From Candidatus Poribacteria bacterium (GTDB lineage: Bacteria; Poribacteria; WGA-4E; PCPOR2b), in the NCBI GenBank assembly GCA_965215015.1, contig OZ244042.1, positions 2,080,001 to 2,144,000 on the forward strand: 64,000 bases of DNA, in the 5' to 3' direction. Shown here piece by piece: positions 1-10,517 of this stretch (within the stretch, counting starts at the first letter, position 1; each line of letters begins with the position of its first letter). The notes under the pieces are model-generated. The model was not told where the DNA came from, searched no databases, and saw nothing but the letters and a program-made list of their open reading frames with translations. Both the position numbers and the translations under genes were made by a program.

Positions 1-861
1 CGCCATCAGTTTCAGAGCATCAACACACTCTGGCGTCAGGCTGCCGTAATCTTTCCCCACATAAGCGTCGGAGTTACGCACATCGTCATCGTTGATAGCA
101 AGGTTAAGCCCCAAAATCGCTGCGGCATCGTTTGCAGCGTTTTGAATGCGCCCTGCTCGATCCGCCCAACCGATTGGTGCAATTCCAAAGGGTTTCAGTT
201 TCATCCCCAGGGCCTTTGTTCCGAGAATCAAGCCTCCCTGCGTTCCGCCCGCCGAAGCCGCGTAAATCCAGTCGGCATCGATTCCCATTGCTTCTTGTTG
301 TTCGTGGATTTCAGCGATGCACCACGAAAAGGCAACCGCGGCAAGAGCCGTCGACCTGGGGGCGGCAAGGACATAGGGCTTAAGTCCCTGCTCCTTCAGT
401 TCTTCGGCGAGGGCATATTTAATCGCGTCGAGTTCGGGGCCCATAGGCGCATCGACAAATTCAACATCCGCACCAGCCAAATCGTCTAGCAATACATTTC
501 CCTGCCTCACGCTTTTGTTGTCACGAGAGAGCCGGAGGTAGCACTTCAAACCCAACTTTGCCGAAGCGGCGGCAGCTTGCCGACAATGGTTCGATTGTGA
601 GGCAGCACCTTGAATGATTGTGTCCGCTCCTTGATGGACCCCATCACCGATTGTGAAGGTCAATTGGCGCACCTTGTTCCCCCCAAACGCAAGGCCTGAA
701 CAGTCTTCACGTTTGATGAGAATGCGGGGACCGCCCAAGGCCTCTGATAGGCGCGGACACTCCTCCAAGGGCGTGGGGAAATGCCCAATATCGACCCGCG
801 GCAGTTGTCCCATTTTTTCGCAAAGTTGTTCTCTAGTAACAACAGCATTTAACGAACTCAT
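1..861 (-). CDS. PLP-dependent D-cysteine desulfhydrase/ACC deaminase family protein (3' end runs off window)
   Basis: Not in the ORF track. Manual translation from ATG 861 gives MSSLNAVVTREQLCEKMGQLPRVDIGHFPTPLEECPRLSEALGGPRILIKREDCSGLAFGGNKVRQL, with the family PTPL and KRED..G...GGNK motifs. ATGA overlap with the upstream ORF stop. Confidence 0.88.
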   Translation of the reverse strand, partial: MSSLNAVVTREQLCEKMGQLPRVDIGHFPTPLEECPRLSEALGGPRILIKREDCSGLAFGGNKVRQLTFTIGDGVHQGADTIIQGAASQSNHCRQAAAASAKLGLKCYLRLSRDNKSVRQGNVLLDDLAGADVEFVDAPMGPELDAIKYALAEELKEQGLKPYVLAAPRSTALAAVAFSWCIAEIHEQQEAMGIDADWIYAASAGGTQGGLILGTKALGMKLKPFGIAPIGWADRAGRIQNAANDAAAILGLNLAINDDDVRNSDAYVGKDYGSLTPECVDALKLMA

Positions 862-1253
862 GAACTCTCCTTTTCAGCCAGCAATTCTTTCAGTAAACTG
901 GTCAATTCTTCGTTCCCTGACGTTAGTTCAAATACACGTTTTATTTTATTTTCGCGGCTGGACTCGGACATCCCACCATCCGGTTCCCAGATAATCTCGA
1001 ATTGCCTAGGGTTCAGACGGTCATAATTGACTTTGACGATGGTCAGAGGGTAATTATCCGGCACCAATATAATCCAGTCGACGGTCTCGCCCCGATCCGA
1101 ATATTGCCGATCTGTTGTCAACCGTCGATCCTGATGCGGGACATTCTGCTTAAGCCACTGTTTGCGCCCGAACGAGTCTGTCTCATAACGTCCCACTTCC
1201 AACCAACTGCGCCCCGCACCGTTGGGTTTGGTCGTAACATTAATCTGTGGCAC
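858..1253 (-). CDS. hypothetical protein
   Basis: 131-aa ORF packed between same-strand genes; purine-rich RBS (GGAAGGGGG) upstream. Confidence 0.7.
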   Translation of the reverse strand: MPQINVTTKPNGAGRSWLEVGRYETDSFGRKQWLKQNVPHQDRRLTTDRQYSDRGETVDWIILVPDNYPLTIVKVNYDRLNPRQFEIIWEPDGGMSESSRENKIKRVFELTSGNEELTSLLKELLAEKESS

Positions 1254-1272
1254 GGTTGAACCCCCTTCCTAT

Positions 1273-2298
1273 TTAACCTCTTTTAATTTCAACTGAAGCA
1301 CTCTGTTCGTGGCTATCAGCAATCGCTTGGCAGATTCGCATCACCTCGCAAGCGTCAGCAAGGCTCGCCCGAGGTTGCCGGCCAGCAAGGATTGACCGAG
1401 CAAAATGCTCCAGTTCTTCGAGGTAGCCGTGACGTCCGTAACCACGATAGTGAGTTCCTTGATTCCATTCCAGCGTCGGGAAATCCTGATAACCACCGAC
1501 GCCCTGCCACGCATCTGGCTTGAGATACTGAACCCGCTGCATGTTGTGCACCTGGATTACATGGCCGCCGTCGCCAGCGACCATCACCGATGTTTCCAGG
1601 GTGGGTGCCCCCGCAACCATATTCAGCGTGCCGACCGCTCCATTGTCAAACTGTAGAGAGACTGCAAACGCCATTCGTCCGTCCGCGCCGAAATGCTCAA
1701 AAGCGCGAAGCTTTGTCACGTCGCCCACCAGATACCGCATGCAATCCACAATATGAACACCCTGATCCAGTAGGTACGCCCACTCCAGCGTTTCATGGGC
1801 CCCTCTCGGACTTGGGGCTAGGTAGTGCCCTTCAAATAGAAGGGGCTCCCCAAATTCCGCTTGCGTGATAATTCGCCGCGCCATCCGGTGTGCCGGCGCA
1901 TGGCGCCACATCGTCGCAACCATGCCAAATTTTCCCGTTCTTGCCGAGGTTTCGGAGAGCCGTTCAGCATCTTCTACATTGATTGCAGGGGGCTTTTCAA
2001 TGAAAACGTGTTTTCCTAATTCCATACAAGTAATCGCCATATCGGTGTGCATGATTTTGGGGTGCCCAACAATCGCAACGACATCCAGTTCTTCTGTCTC
2101 AATCATCGCCCGGTAATCTGTATACCACTGTTTGGCACCAAAGCGTTTAGCGTTGCTCTCAGCCTTCGCGGCTAACATATCGCATGTCGCAACAAAATCA
2201 ATTTCGGAGATCAGCCGAACACACGGTTGAAGATTCTGGGTCGAATGTGACCCACAACCGATAAAACCCAATTTAATTTGTGCCATGACAACCTTCAC
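1273..2298 (-). CDS. Gfo/Idh/MocA family oxidoreductase
   Basis: GFIGCG Rossmann motif, HVFIEKP, and DQGVH motifs. Confidence 0.92.
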   Translation of the reverse strand: MKVVMAQIKLGFIGCGSHSTQNLQPCVRLISEIDFVATCDMLAAKAESNAKRFGAKQWYTDYRAMIETEELDVVAIVGHPKIMHTDMAITCMELGKHVFIEKPPAINVEDAERLSETSARTGKFGMVATMWRHAPAHRMARRIITQAEFGEPLLFEGHYLAPSPRGAHETLEWAYLLDQGVHIVDCMRYLVGDVTKLRAFEHFGADGRMAFAVSLQFDNGAVGTLNMVAGAPTLETSVMVAGDGGHVIQVHNMQRVQYLKPDAWQGVGGYQDFPTLEWNQGTHYRGYGRHGYLEELEHFARSILAGRQPRASLADACEVMRICQAIADSHEQSASVEIKRG

Positions 2299-2341
2299 CT
2301 ATATCTTCAAGCTCTTTTCCTCTCAACCTTCTTAGAGAGGC

Positions 2342-3247
2342 TCATTCTAAAGTATATGCCAACGTCGTTTTTACCCCATCGTTTACGGCCGATTTGCCCG
2401 CCGCTTCAATGAAGGCAACGATTTCTATACTTTCGGAGATGTCGATCGGCGGCTTTCCGGTCTCAAACATCCGGACAATCTGTTTGAGCAGTTCACGGTA
2501 GATATAACTTGCATTTATCGAAGTTCGGACGATGGATTTTTCGCAATATGCGGTGAAACCGTAACCTTGTGTTCCTTTTCGGATGCCGCGCAGTGTCCCG
2601 ATTCGTCCATCCCTCCAACTTCCGGTTACGACATCCGCGTCAGCGTTTGAGACCGACCAAACCGATTCACACCCGGGACCCATCAGGGCGTATAAGGTCT
2701 CTACGCCGTGAAGTCCATAATGAAATAGCCCCGGATTGCGCGGATGCAGCGGTGCCGGTGAGCAAACTTCCACACCGATAATCTTGCCAGTTTCGTTCTC
2801 TTTATTCTTTAATTCTACAACTTCTAGACCATAGCGCAACGATGAAGAGGTGAAAATTGGGACATTTTTTGATTGGGCGAGTGCTGCTAAAGCCTGTGCC
2901 TGCGCTAAGTCACAAGTAAAGGGCTTATCCACAAATACAGGCAATCCTGCTTCCAGAAACGGCACCGTCCGTTTATAGTGGAAACTGCCTTCGACCGACT
3001 CAATCAGCACCGCATCGATCTGTCCAATCATCTCCTCCGGTGTGTCTATCAACGGTACGTCGTACTCCTGCATTTGCTTTATATAGCCGGGGATGCGTTC
3101 AGGCGATAGTAACGATTCTCCCGGACAACCAACGACAACTTTGGCCCCCTCTACCCACTGCTCCTCACCTATATCAATATGGTTAAGCCGTCGTGTGAAT
3201 TCAACCACATGAGACGTATCAAAATCAACAATTCCGAGCCGGATCAT
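2342..3247 (-). CDS. Gfo/Idh/MocA family oxidoreductase
   Basis: GIVDFDTSH, PVFVDKPF, SSSLRY and YGLHGVE motifs. Confidence 0.88.
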   Translation of the reverse strand: MIRLGIVDFDTSHVVEFTRRLNHIDIGEEQWVEGAKVVVGCPGESLLSPERIPGYIKQMQEYDVPLIDTPEEMIGQIDAVLIESVEGSFHYKRTVPFLEAGLPVFVDKPFTCDLAQAQALAALAQSKNVPIFTSSSLRYGLEVVELKNKENETGKIIGVEVCSPAPLHPRNPGLFHYGLHGVETLYALMGPGCESVWSVSNADADVVTGSWRDGRIGTLRGIRKGTQGYGFTAYCEKSIVRTSINASYIYRELLKQIVRMFETGKPPIDISESIEIVAFIEAAGKSAVNDGVKTTLAYTLE

Positions 3248-3511
3248 TCATCCCTCCAAGCTATGTTACTAGCAAGCCTTTGGTTAATGATATTAACTTT
3301 CTCGAGGAATTTCTTGCGGACAATCACAATACAGAATTTTCGCTGATTTCCCACTGTTTTGTCAAGGTGTTTTTCTCTATACGTGGCACTAGGGCTATGA
3401 TACAATATCAAAAATCGGTTAGTATTCTCAAATTATTGGTGTTGGGGCGTGTTATCCTTATTTTTGCGTGAGATGAATCGGCTCCCTAACCTTTCGGCTT
3501 TCCAATTCGTT

Positions 3512-4327
3512 ATGAAATCAATAGTGACAAAACAGGTTATACGCTGGCGTAATGCCCAACCATCCCCGGTTAAGGACTCGCTCGTAGTCGAGGAACCGCT
3601 CGAAATTCGGGTAGATGGGCAGAGTCTGATCGTTGTGATGCGAACGCCAGGGCATGACTTTGATCTGGCTGCAGGATTTCTTTACACCGAAGGACTGATA
3701 ACATCGTCCGATGACATCGGAACAATCGCCTACTGTGAGGCCGAGGATATCGAAAGTCCGAATCTACAAAATATCATAAACGTTCATCTGACAAATGGGC
3801 AGATCCTCGAAGAACAGGAAGGGTGGCAACGGAACTTCCACGCGAATGCTAGTTGCGGGTTGTGCGGCAAAATGACTATCGAATCGGTTAAACAGGAGAT
3901 TCCACCTATAACATCGAAAATTCGGATAGATTCGGATATCTTATACCTGCTCAACAATAGGCTGCGATCGACGCAATCTATTTTTGAAGCAACCGGCGGC
4001 TTGCACGCCGCCGGATTATTTGATGATCAGGGTGAACTGCAAATCATACGCGAAGATGTCGGGCGACACAATGCAGTAGACAAGGTGATTGGACAGGCAC
4101 TACTAGTTGAGAAACTTCCTTTAGATCGACACATTTTGATGGTGAGTGGACGCGCTAGCTTCGAGATTATTCAAAAAGCCTTATTCGCCCGCATACCGGT
4201 GATTGTAGCTGTTTCTGCGGCATCAAGTCTTGCTGTTGAATTGGCGCAGGAGGGGGAAGTCACGCTGATTGGGTTTATGCGCGGCAAAGGCATGACTGTC
4301 TACAGTCATCCGAGCCGGATTCGGTGA
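3512..4327 (+). CDS. fdhD: formate dehydrogenase accessory sulfurtransferase FdhD
   Basis: VEEPLEI, MRTPGHD, SCGLCG, TGGLHAA and REDVGRHNAVDK motifs. Start placed at ATG 3512. Confidence 0.95.
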   Translation: MKSIVTKQVIRWRNAQPSPVKDSLVVEEPLEIRVDGQSLIVVMRTPGHDFDLAAGFLYTEGLITSSDDIGTIAYCEAEDIESPNLQNIINVHLTNGQILEEQEGWQRNFHANASCGLCGKMTIESVKQEIPPITSKIRIDSDILYLLNNRLRSTQSIFEATGGLHAAGLFDDQGELQIIREDVGRHNAVDKVIGQALLVEKLPLDRHILMVSGRASFEIIQKALFARIPVIVAVSAASSLAVELAQEGEVTLIGFMRGKGMTVYSHPSRIR

Positions 4328-4487
4328 ACTACCGAAGAATGGCAATAACGTTACAATCAAGTCTGGAACATGCAAAAAAACTCAATATAAGTCTTTTCAG
4401 AAAACTCGGTCCTAGTCGAATCCGATTCCTTGATTTCTCACAAATTCGGCTATGTTCAATGTATATGGTGAAGGAGGATTATTCTAA

Positions 4488-4763
4488 ATGGAAGCGATTT
4501 TAGGCGCAGCCCAATCATTGGTGAATTTTCTATTTTTAGTTGTTGTACTGGGGACAGCGGGAGTCTCGTGGTGGCTATCCGTCAAATATCGTGAACGGTA
4601 CGCGGAATTTCCGTGGAATAAAGCAGCGATTATTCTCGCAATTGAGGTTTTAGCCTGGATTGCGTTCAACATCTTTTGGAGTTGGGTTACACATAATTGG
4701 TGGATTGCCATCGTCCTGATTGTTATCATTATTTTTGTACTAAAAAAGCGGAGACGCGAATGA
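4488..4763 (+). CDS. small membrane protein (about 3 TM helices)
   Basis: Strong RBS AGGAGG, hydrophobic segments and basic C-terminus KKRRRE. Confidence 0.8.
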   Translation: MEAILGAAQSLVNFLFLVVVLGTAGVSWWLSVKYRERYAEFPWNKAAIILAIEVLAWIAFNIFWSWVTHNWWIAIVLIVIIIFVLKKRRRE

Positions 4764-4846
4764 GCAAGAAAGGGAGTAAATCCCATGGGTAGAGTCAAGC
4801 TGGGCGTATTGACCCAGGATAATCGCCCCATAGTGTCTGGTATTCC

Positions 4847-4950
4847 ATAGTGCAATGTGCTCGGTATTGTCGGTTTTGGAAAATCGACCGACACATTGAA
4901 AACGTTCGGAATGGGGATCGGTTCAATTTATCAAATGTCAACAGAATCTA
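4847..4950 (-). mobile_element. MITE-like element, CTAG/GTTCTGTTGACAT family (degenerate)
   Basis: Both ends match the 27121-27292 copy in reverse orientation (ATAGTGCAATGTGCTCGGTATT and AATGTCAACAGAATCTA). Confidence 0.55.
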
Positions 4951-4953
4951 CGT

Positions 4954-5120
4954 TAGGAGTTACGCGTTTGAGTTTGTAATAACGTAATTCATTGCGCCTC
5001 TTTAAGGTAGTGGTAGGCATACGGCGTATGTCGTCCCCCCCTTCCCCCCGCCGGGGGCTAGGGGGGTAGGGTCTTAGGGTTCTTAGAGAGGGGTGTCGGT
5101 ACGGCGGAGCGTGCCGATTC
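4954..5120 (+). repeat. TAGGAGTTACGC-family MITE left part carrying REP-like and poly-C/poly-G hairpin modules
   Basis: Aligns with 47579-47712 and 33613-33760. Right end not located. Confidence 0.65.
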
Positions 5121-5302
5121 TTCTGGGATTCACTGTCGCCACCCGCTTCCTCGGGCGTTGCGAGGCATGTTCACCGAACTGGTCTTTTGTCAATTTTATA
5201 GTGCGCTATTACCTAATCTCTTTGGATTGTTGAACACTACCTAACGGGGTGTGCCATAGAAACCTTCGCGTCAGTAAATCGGATCGGGAGCATTAAGCTG
5301 CG

Positions 5303-6823
5303 TTACTTGAATTGAAAAGAGTAGAGCTTAGCGTTTTTGAAGTAGAAACGCAGCTTTATCGGCTTGCCCGCCAGCGTGCTCACGTCGGAATTGCCATTCC
5401 ACGAGACAACGTGCGCGATGCCGGATTGCGTGATTGGGTCCGCGTCGTTGAAGCTAAATCCGGGCAACTTCTTATGATTCGCCCTTAAAATTTCTACCTT
5501 TACCTCGCCGGGCCCCGGTCCCGCAGCAATCGGTGCCATGCTTGTGTTCAGATACAGATGCGATCCGGAGAACCCGAACGGGCGGGTCGTCATCTGACCG
5601 AAGGATTCAGGCTCCTGGAAAATTTGCCGCTCGGCATAAATGTGTCGCAGCTCCTCCTCAGACCTATCCTTAACCACCCAACCCTTCCCACTGTCCAGAG
5701 ATACAAACCCATCCAGACGTGAGATTGCCAGTCCAATGCCCTCCGCGGACTTGTCGCCCAACTCTAAAGCAATTTCAGGCGATCGGCTGTTCGTACCGAT
5801 GTAATAGGTGAAGATATGATCTCCGTGAACGATGAGGGCTTCAGCGTAAACGCTGCTGGAGTCGAACTCCGCCCGCGAACCGCCGCGTGGGATGAAAGGC
5901 TCTCGATAGTTCCGTTGAAAGTGGAATCCATCTCGACTGAAGATAATCTCTGGATGATGGGTCACGTTCGTGGTGCGGAAGATCCACAGCAACCCGACAT
6001 AGATACCCTCGTAGGCTATGATCGGCAGACTGTAGAACTCGGTGTCAGGAAAGTCGTTCTCGTCCGGCACAAGAATAATCTCCGGCTCGCTCCAGTGAAT
6101 CATGTCTGGACTCTCTGCCCTGCCGATAAGCCGTTTGCCGTAAGGGCCCCGCCAGTGGTGGCTGGCTTCCATAGTGACGTAGTACGTTTCCCGTATCGGG
6201 TCCCAGCCTTGGAAACGACCCGCCCAGCGTCCCAACTCCTGGCCGGTATCAATGACTGGGTTGCCTGCGTAGGGAGTCCAGTTAAGGGCATCCGGAGAAT
6301 AGAAGAGATCGTATTGCATCCCCCGTGTCTGCGTGCTACCGATCATCTGCAATGCCTTGTATCGTTTGGCGGGATCTTTCTCGTGCAGGTCTTGAAAGGC
6401 TGGGGCGGTGGGTAGACCCTCTCTTTCGGGGAGGATGTTGTTGTCCGTTGAGCCGTCGAACTGGACGAGTCCCAGCGATGGCCGCTCCCAGTGAATCCCA
6501 TCCTGAGAGGTCGCCAAGCACATCACATTGCCCCGGCTGTCCAAGACAAGCCCCGCGGGTCCACCCGGAACCGGCTCCCCATTTTCAAGGCGTACGGTGA
6601 TGGTTGAGGAGGAATACCACATCTTGAAGATCCGATCGATTGGGTCAAAAATCACCTTGATGGGCCTCATGAAGTTTCCCTCCCACGGACGCTCCGGCCG
6701 GAGGACGGGATTGTCATCCACCTTGACTGCGGGGTTCAGTCCTTGTTTTGCATTGACCAAGCTCTCAATCAGGTAATCATCAAAGAAGAGCTGCTTGGTC
6801 GATCCAATGTTGAGCATCGGCAT
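5303..6823 (-). CDS. five-bladed beta-propeller glycoside hydrolase-like protein
   Basis: Repeated Asp-box-like S.DG..W motifs (TSQDGIHW, SPDALNW, SPDMIHW, SRDGFHF); C-terminus KLYSFQF. Confidence 0.75.
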   Translation of the reverse strand: MPMLNIGSTKQLFFDDYLIESLVNAKQGLNPAVKVDDNPVLRPERPWEGNFMRPIKVIFDPIDRIFKMWYSSSTITVRLENGEPVPGGPAGLVLDSRGNVMCLATSQDGIHWERPSLGLVQFDGSTDNNILPEREGLPTAPAFQDLHEKDPAKRYKALQMIGSTQTRGMQYDLFYSPDALNWTPYAGNPVIDTGQELGRWAGRFQGWDPIRETYYVTMEASHHWRGPYGKRLIGRAESPDMIHWSEPEIILVPDENDFPDTEFYSLPIIAYEGIYVGLLWIFRTTNVTHHPEIIFSRDGFHFQRNYREPFIPRGGSRAEFDSSSVYAEALIVHGDHIFTYYIGTNSRSPEIALELGDKSAEGIGLAISRLDGFVSLDSGKGWVVKDRSEEELRHIYAERQIFQEPESFGQMTTRPFGFSGSHLYLNTSMAPIAAGPGPGEVKVEILRANHKKLPGFSFNDADPITQSGIAHVVSWNGNSDVSTLAGKPIKLRFYFKNAKLYSFQFK

Positions 6824-6999
6824 CTTTTTTCTCCTTTTTCCAATTTCGGCAAGTAAATGTTCATATAGGATTCATGCCGCTGAACCACTAGCAAACAATC
6901 CTCACAAGATATTCGGCTTGAGATTCAAAGTAAAGATCAAGTTTCTTCTACGAGATGGGACAACCGCCCTACAATCTCAGGTGCCTCCTTTAATTTACA

Positions 7000-7163
7000 G
7001 AGAGGTGTTAATTGTTCAATGATATTAAGAGTTAAGCCGTTGAACGCTCAATGCCAACACCAGAAAAGGGAGCGCAATATTCACGGTGGGTTGAAAACAC
7101 CCGGACCCTCGCGCGACGGTGTGGGTATCCTCCCGATTCAGACAATAATTATGAACACCCTTC
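7000..7163 (+). mobile_element. MITE-like element, GAAGGGTGCTCATAA family (degenerate)
   Basis: Left end GAGAGGTGTTAA, right end GATTCAGACAATAATTATGAACACCCTTC, matching the 48945-49345 copies. Confidence 0.6.
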
Positions 7164-7169
7164 AATTGC

Positions 7170-7397
7170 TTATGATGACCCCATCTTCATAAAGAGGCAC
7201 TGTTGTTTAACCAACCCACTATTCAATCGCAACGCCCGGTGTTCAAAAGTCCATTGTAACATCCCGTCCACAACCGCTTGGTTTTGGGCGAGATTATAGG
7301 TACGGAGTTCTTGACGTTTCACAGCTTTTAAGGCAACCGATGCACGTTTCCAGCTTTCAATCCATTGTTGAGCGTTCTCTTGAGGCAAAATCTTCAT
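7170..7397 (-). CDS. small hypothetical protein
   Basis: 75-aa ORF with AAGGAAG RBS; W..SWK.A...L and SGLV.QQ..F pattern. Confidence 0.65.
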   Translation of the reverse strand: MKILPQENAQQWIESWKRASVALKAVKRQELRTYNLAQNQAVVDGMLQWTFEHRALRLNSGLVKQQCLFMKMGSS

Positions 7398-7484
7398 AGC
7401 AATCTTCCTTTTTTTATCGATGTAAATGGCAATCAGCCCGTCATAGGGGCATCGTTACGAGCCCCGCGAAACGAGAATCGGCAT

Positions 7485-9539
7485 CTACTGGACCGAATGA
7501 ATTGTGACCGTCACGCCTGATACCGGGCTTTCTAAGTTGCCACTGTCGTCGACAGCTCGACTTAAGATGGTAACGGCTCCCTGCTGTGTCGGCAGCCATT
7601 CATAGCTCCAAGTCTGGCATCCACTTGCCGGATGCCAATTGACACCGTTATCAACGGATACTTCGACCGCGGCGACTTGACCGGCCGCATCTTGAGCGGT
7701 CCCACTAATTACCAAAATTCCCAGAGGCAGCGTCGCACCATCGGAGGGAACCAGTACCGTTGAAGTTGGAGGTTGATCATCGGTGGACGCGCTCGCCGGC
7801 GTCAAATCCTCCTGTAGCGTCTGAGGTTGAACACCCATGTCCGCAAATAGATTGACGGTTGCTTGTTGAATGTTTCTATCCGGACCGTTCGGATCGACAC
7901 CTACCCGGGTAGAGCTGGGATTTGCACGCTCCGGCGGTATACCAGTCTCGGTATCGTGGTGTGCATCTAAGCCCCAAGACCACTGTACTGTGCCTGCACC
8001 AAAGACCAGCGCACCGCGGGGACTTCCACTCCCTTTATTTGAAGCTTGTTGGCCCAACTTGGGGGGCTCGTGACGATAGAGTGTTAAGTGGTGAGTCGCG
8101 GTGCCTGAATCATAGACCGAGCCGTGGTCCTGAATGTAGGGAACGTTGTCAATGGTCGTCTCCGATAGGTGAAATAAACCGGGGGGGCGAAACCCGTTGT
8201 CCAAATCTTCGTCCCACTCATGACCAAGTAGGCCCTTCAGTAAAACGGCACTTTCACTTGACTTGAGTCTAGCGACCTCTGTGTTACGCCAGAATCGCAG
8301 GGCGGCGTATTTGGCCGGCACGATGAGCGGGTCATTGCGCCATGCGTTCACCGTGAAGATGGTCCCGGTTAGGGCGTTTTCCGGCCGCGGCCCCTCCGGA
8401 TTGAAAAGTCGTGAGTCCCGCCATGTCCCAGTCCAAACGTCAGCGATGGGGTCGATCTTGGCGTTATCATGCGTTTCCTTGTAGGTTACCAACGTCCGAT
8501 GAGGAACCTGTTCTCCATCAATGGAAGCTTCCCAGCGGGTTTTCCAGAATACTTCGTTACCGCTGAAAAAGGCAAGGTGAACGCCCCCATCGCGCGCCGC
8601 CTCGACATGCCGCCTTTGATCAAGAGACCAATATTCGTCGTGGCCGACCGACAGGAATAAGCGGTGTTTGCGAATCTCCTCGCCGCGCCGATCGCTATCG
8701 ACACCGGTGGAGTAGGTGACATCGTAGCCATTGGACTCAAGCCAACGGACAAAAGGATATTCGGCATTGAAAACCATGTTGACCGCCCGAAAGTGGCGTG
8801 TGTTGAACGGGCGGTTGTAGCTCACCTTGTAGGCACGAGGAGGGACGCCGAGCGCACGCGGGTAGTCTGGATCAAGCCGACCGTAGGTACAGTAACCACC
8901 GTAGCGATTGTAAGCCTGCCAAGTGGTATCAGAAGTTTGGAAGATAATATCAGAGTGGCTGTCATCGTGCCTCACAACGAAATAGATGTGGCTTGCTCGC
9001 GGTTCACGCAGTGCATTGGCAAGCCGACCGTGGCCCAACGCCCCGTAGGCATGTGACGAAGCAGGAGGGCTTGCCTCTGGGATTTCTCGACTGTTGTCCG
9101 CCCGCCAACCTACAGGGCCCGAATCCTGTCGTACCAAACGCGCAAAATAGATTCCCGACGTCGCGTCTGAGGGCACTTGCCAAGACGCTGAAACGGCCCA
9201 GTTGCCGCAATCGTAAAGGTGAGTGACAGCGTCCCTCAGACCTTCCGGCTGAAATTGGGGAAGTTTAACCGACGGCTCAATGGTGTCAACGCGACGGGCA
9301 CCCATTCCACCGTAGTATCCCATTCGATAGATGTCTATCCGATAGTCCGTCGAATCAGTTTTGATCTTGAAGAAGATTGTCTCACCGCGATTGATGCTGA
9401 TATCATGACCGAAGCCTTGAATGGTCGAATCGCCCCAACCGTTTATGTCCCACTCGGTTGGCAGATTCCCCGGCAGACGGTTTTCTCGGACGATGTCGTT
9501 GGCTGTTTGGGTGTCGTGATCCATCGGTTCGAGACTCAT
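7485..9539 (-). CDS. N,N-dimethylformamidase beta-subunit family (DUF6605-like) protein with C-terminal Ig-like domain
   Basis: IYRMGYYGG, TWQAYN.YGG, VSYNRP, SVGHDEYWS, FFSGN and GAGTVQWSWGL motifs; C-terminal SRAVDDSGNLE Ig domain. Start chosen at ATG 9539 after AGAGGGG. Confidence 0.85.
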   Translation of the reverse strand: MSLEPMDHDTQTANDIVRENRLPGNLPTEWDINGWGDSTIQGFGHDISINRGETIFFKIKTDSTDYRIDIYRMGYYGGMGARRVDTIEPSVKLPQFQPEGLRDAVTHLYDCGNWAVSASWQVPSDATSGIYFARLVRQDSGPVGWRADNSREIPEASPPASSHAYGALGHGRLANALREPRASHIYFVVRHDDSHSDIIFQTSDTTWQAYNRYGGYCTYGRLDPDYPRALGVPPRAYKVSYNRPFNTRHFRAVNMVFNAEYPFVRWLESNGYDVTYSTGVDSDRRGEEIRKHRLFLSVGHDEYWSLDQRRHVEAARDGGVHLAFFSGNEVFWKTRWEASIDGEQVPHRTLVTYKETHDNAKIDPIADVWTGTWRDSRLFNPEGPRPENALTGTIFTVNAWRNDPLIVPAKYAALRFWRNTEVARLKSSESAVLLKGLLGHEWDEDLDNGFRPPGLFHLSETTIDNVPYIQDHGSVYDSGTATHHLTLYRHEPPKLGQQASNKGSGSPRGALVFGAGTVQWSWGLDAHHDTETGIPPERANPSSTRVGVDPNGPDRNIQQATVNLFADMGVQPQTLQEDLTPASASTDDQPPTSTVLVPSDGATLPLGILVISGTAQDAAGQVAAVEVSVDNGVNWHPASGCQTWSYEWLPTQQGAVTILSRAVDDSGNLESPVSGVTVTIHSVQ

Positions 9540-9605
9540 ATCTCCCCTCTTTCTGCTTTTACCCATCCGCGCTGCATATCGACCCGTCATCGCAGGGCAG
9601 CGTTT

Positions 9606-10517
9606 CTATTTTCCGTGTGCTTCCGCCCAAGCCCTCAACGGAACATCGTCCGAATTCTTTGTAATCCAGTATTGAGAGTGAGGCTGAAAATCAGGAGAAG
9701 CACCCAGCGGATGGTCCCCCGTCGCCAATGCGCCGAGTAATTGCTGCCGTATTGGCGAACTGTTAGCGATTAATTCCGGTGACTGCTGAATGTAGTCCGT
9801 CGGACGGAGCCACCGGTAGTGGTAGCCGACGTGCATAATCTTGCGGGTTTTGTCCGATAGATTCGGCCCAACACAGTGCCAAGTCGCTGTACGCCACAGG
9901 ACCGCAGCCCCCGGCTTCAACCTGAGCTCAACCGCCTCCGAGAGATCGAGTTTACCTTTCACTTCGCGTAGCTCTTGTAGGGTGCGCTTGTGGCTACCCG
10001 GCATCAACCAAAGATTGCCGGAATTAGATTCACTCAAATCAGAGAAGGCATAGAACACCTTGATCTCCATAAAGGGCAACCGTCCGTCCAGCGACGGGCC
10101 TTCAAAGAGCTCTTTGCCTGACAGATCCGGGTGCCAGCCGAGGTTGTTGTACCCAGCCTTCTGGTCGTCCCCGTCACCGACGCCAATTTCGCCGGGCTCC
10201 AGGTCCTTTGGGTAAGGTGGGCGATAGTCGAGGTGCGTGGTACGAATCTGAATGTTCCAACCGATGGCGTCAACGACCAACGGCAGCATTCTGGGATGGT
10301 CAATCAGATCAAGGAACGCCTCGTGATGGGCTAACGCATTGCGGATAGTGAAGGGGGCATTGGGCTCACTGCCCTCAGCACGACGGACCCTAACTTTCAC
10401 CTCGTCAACAGCCGACAGTAATCGGTCTAGCTCCGCTTGGGTCAAGAAATCTTCGAGGATAATGTATCCCTTTTCCTCAAAGTCCTTCTCTTGCTGTTGC
10501 GTCATTGCTATCAACAT
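9606..10517 (-). CDS. phytanoyl-CoA dioxygenase (PhyH) family protein
   Basis: WHPD iron-binding motif, PGSH, WH..GPN.S...R. Confidence 0.9.
   Translation of the reverse strand: MLIAMTQQQEKDFEEKGYIILEDFLTQAELDRLLSAVDEVKVRVRRAEGSEPNAPFTIRNALAHHEAFLDLIDHPRMLPLVVDAIGWNIQIRTTHLDYRPPYPKDLEPGEIGVGDGDDQKAGYNNLGWHPDLSGKELFEGPSLDGRLPFMEIKVFYAFSDLSESNSGNLWLMPGSHKRTLQELREVKGKLDLSEAVELRLKPGAAVLWRTATWHCVGPNLSDKTRKIMHVGYHYRWLRPTDYIQQSPELIANSSPIRQQLLGALATGDHPLGASPDFQPHSQYWITKNSDDVPLRAWAEAHGK

Noticed and set aside
132-994. Plus-strand ORFs 132-383, 142-489 and 653-994
   Set aside because: Antisense shadows of the minus-strand PLP enzyme gene that the ORF track missed.
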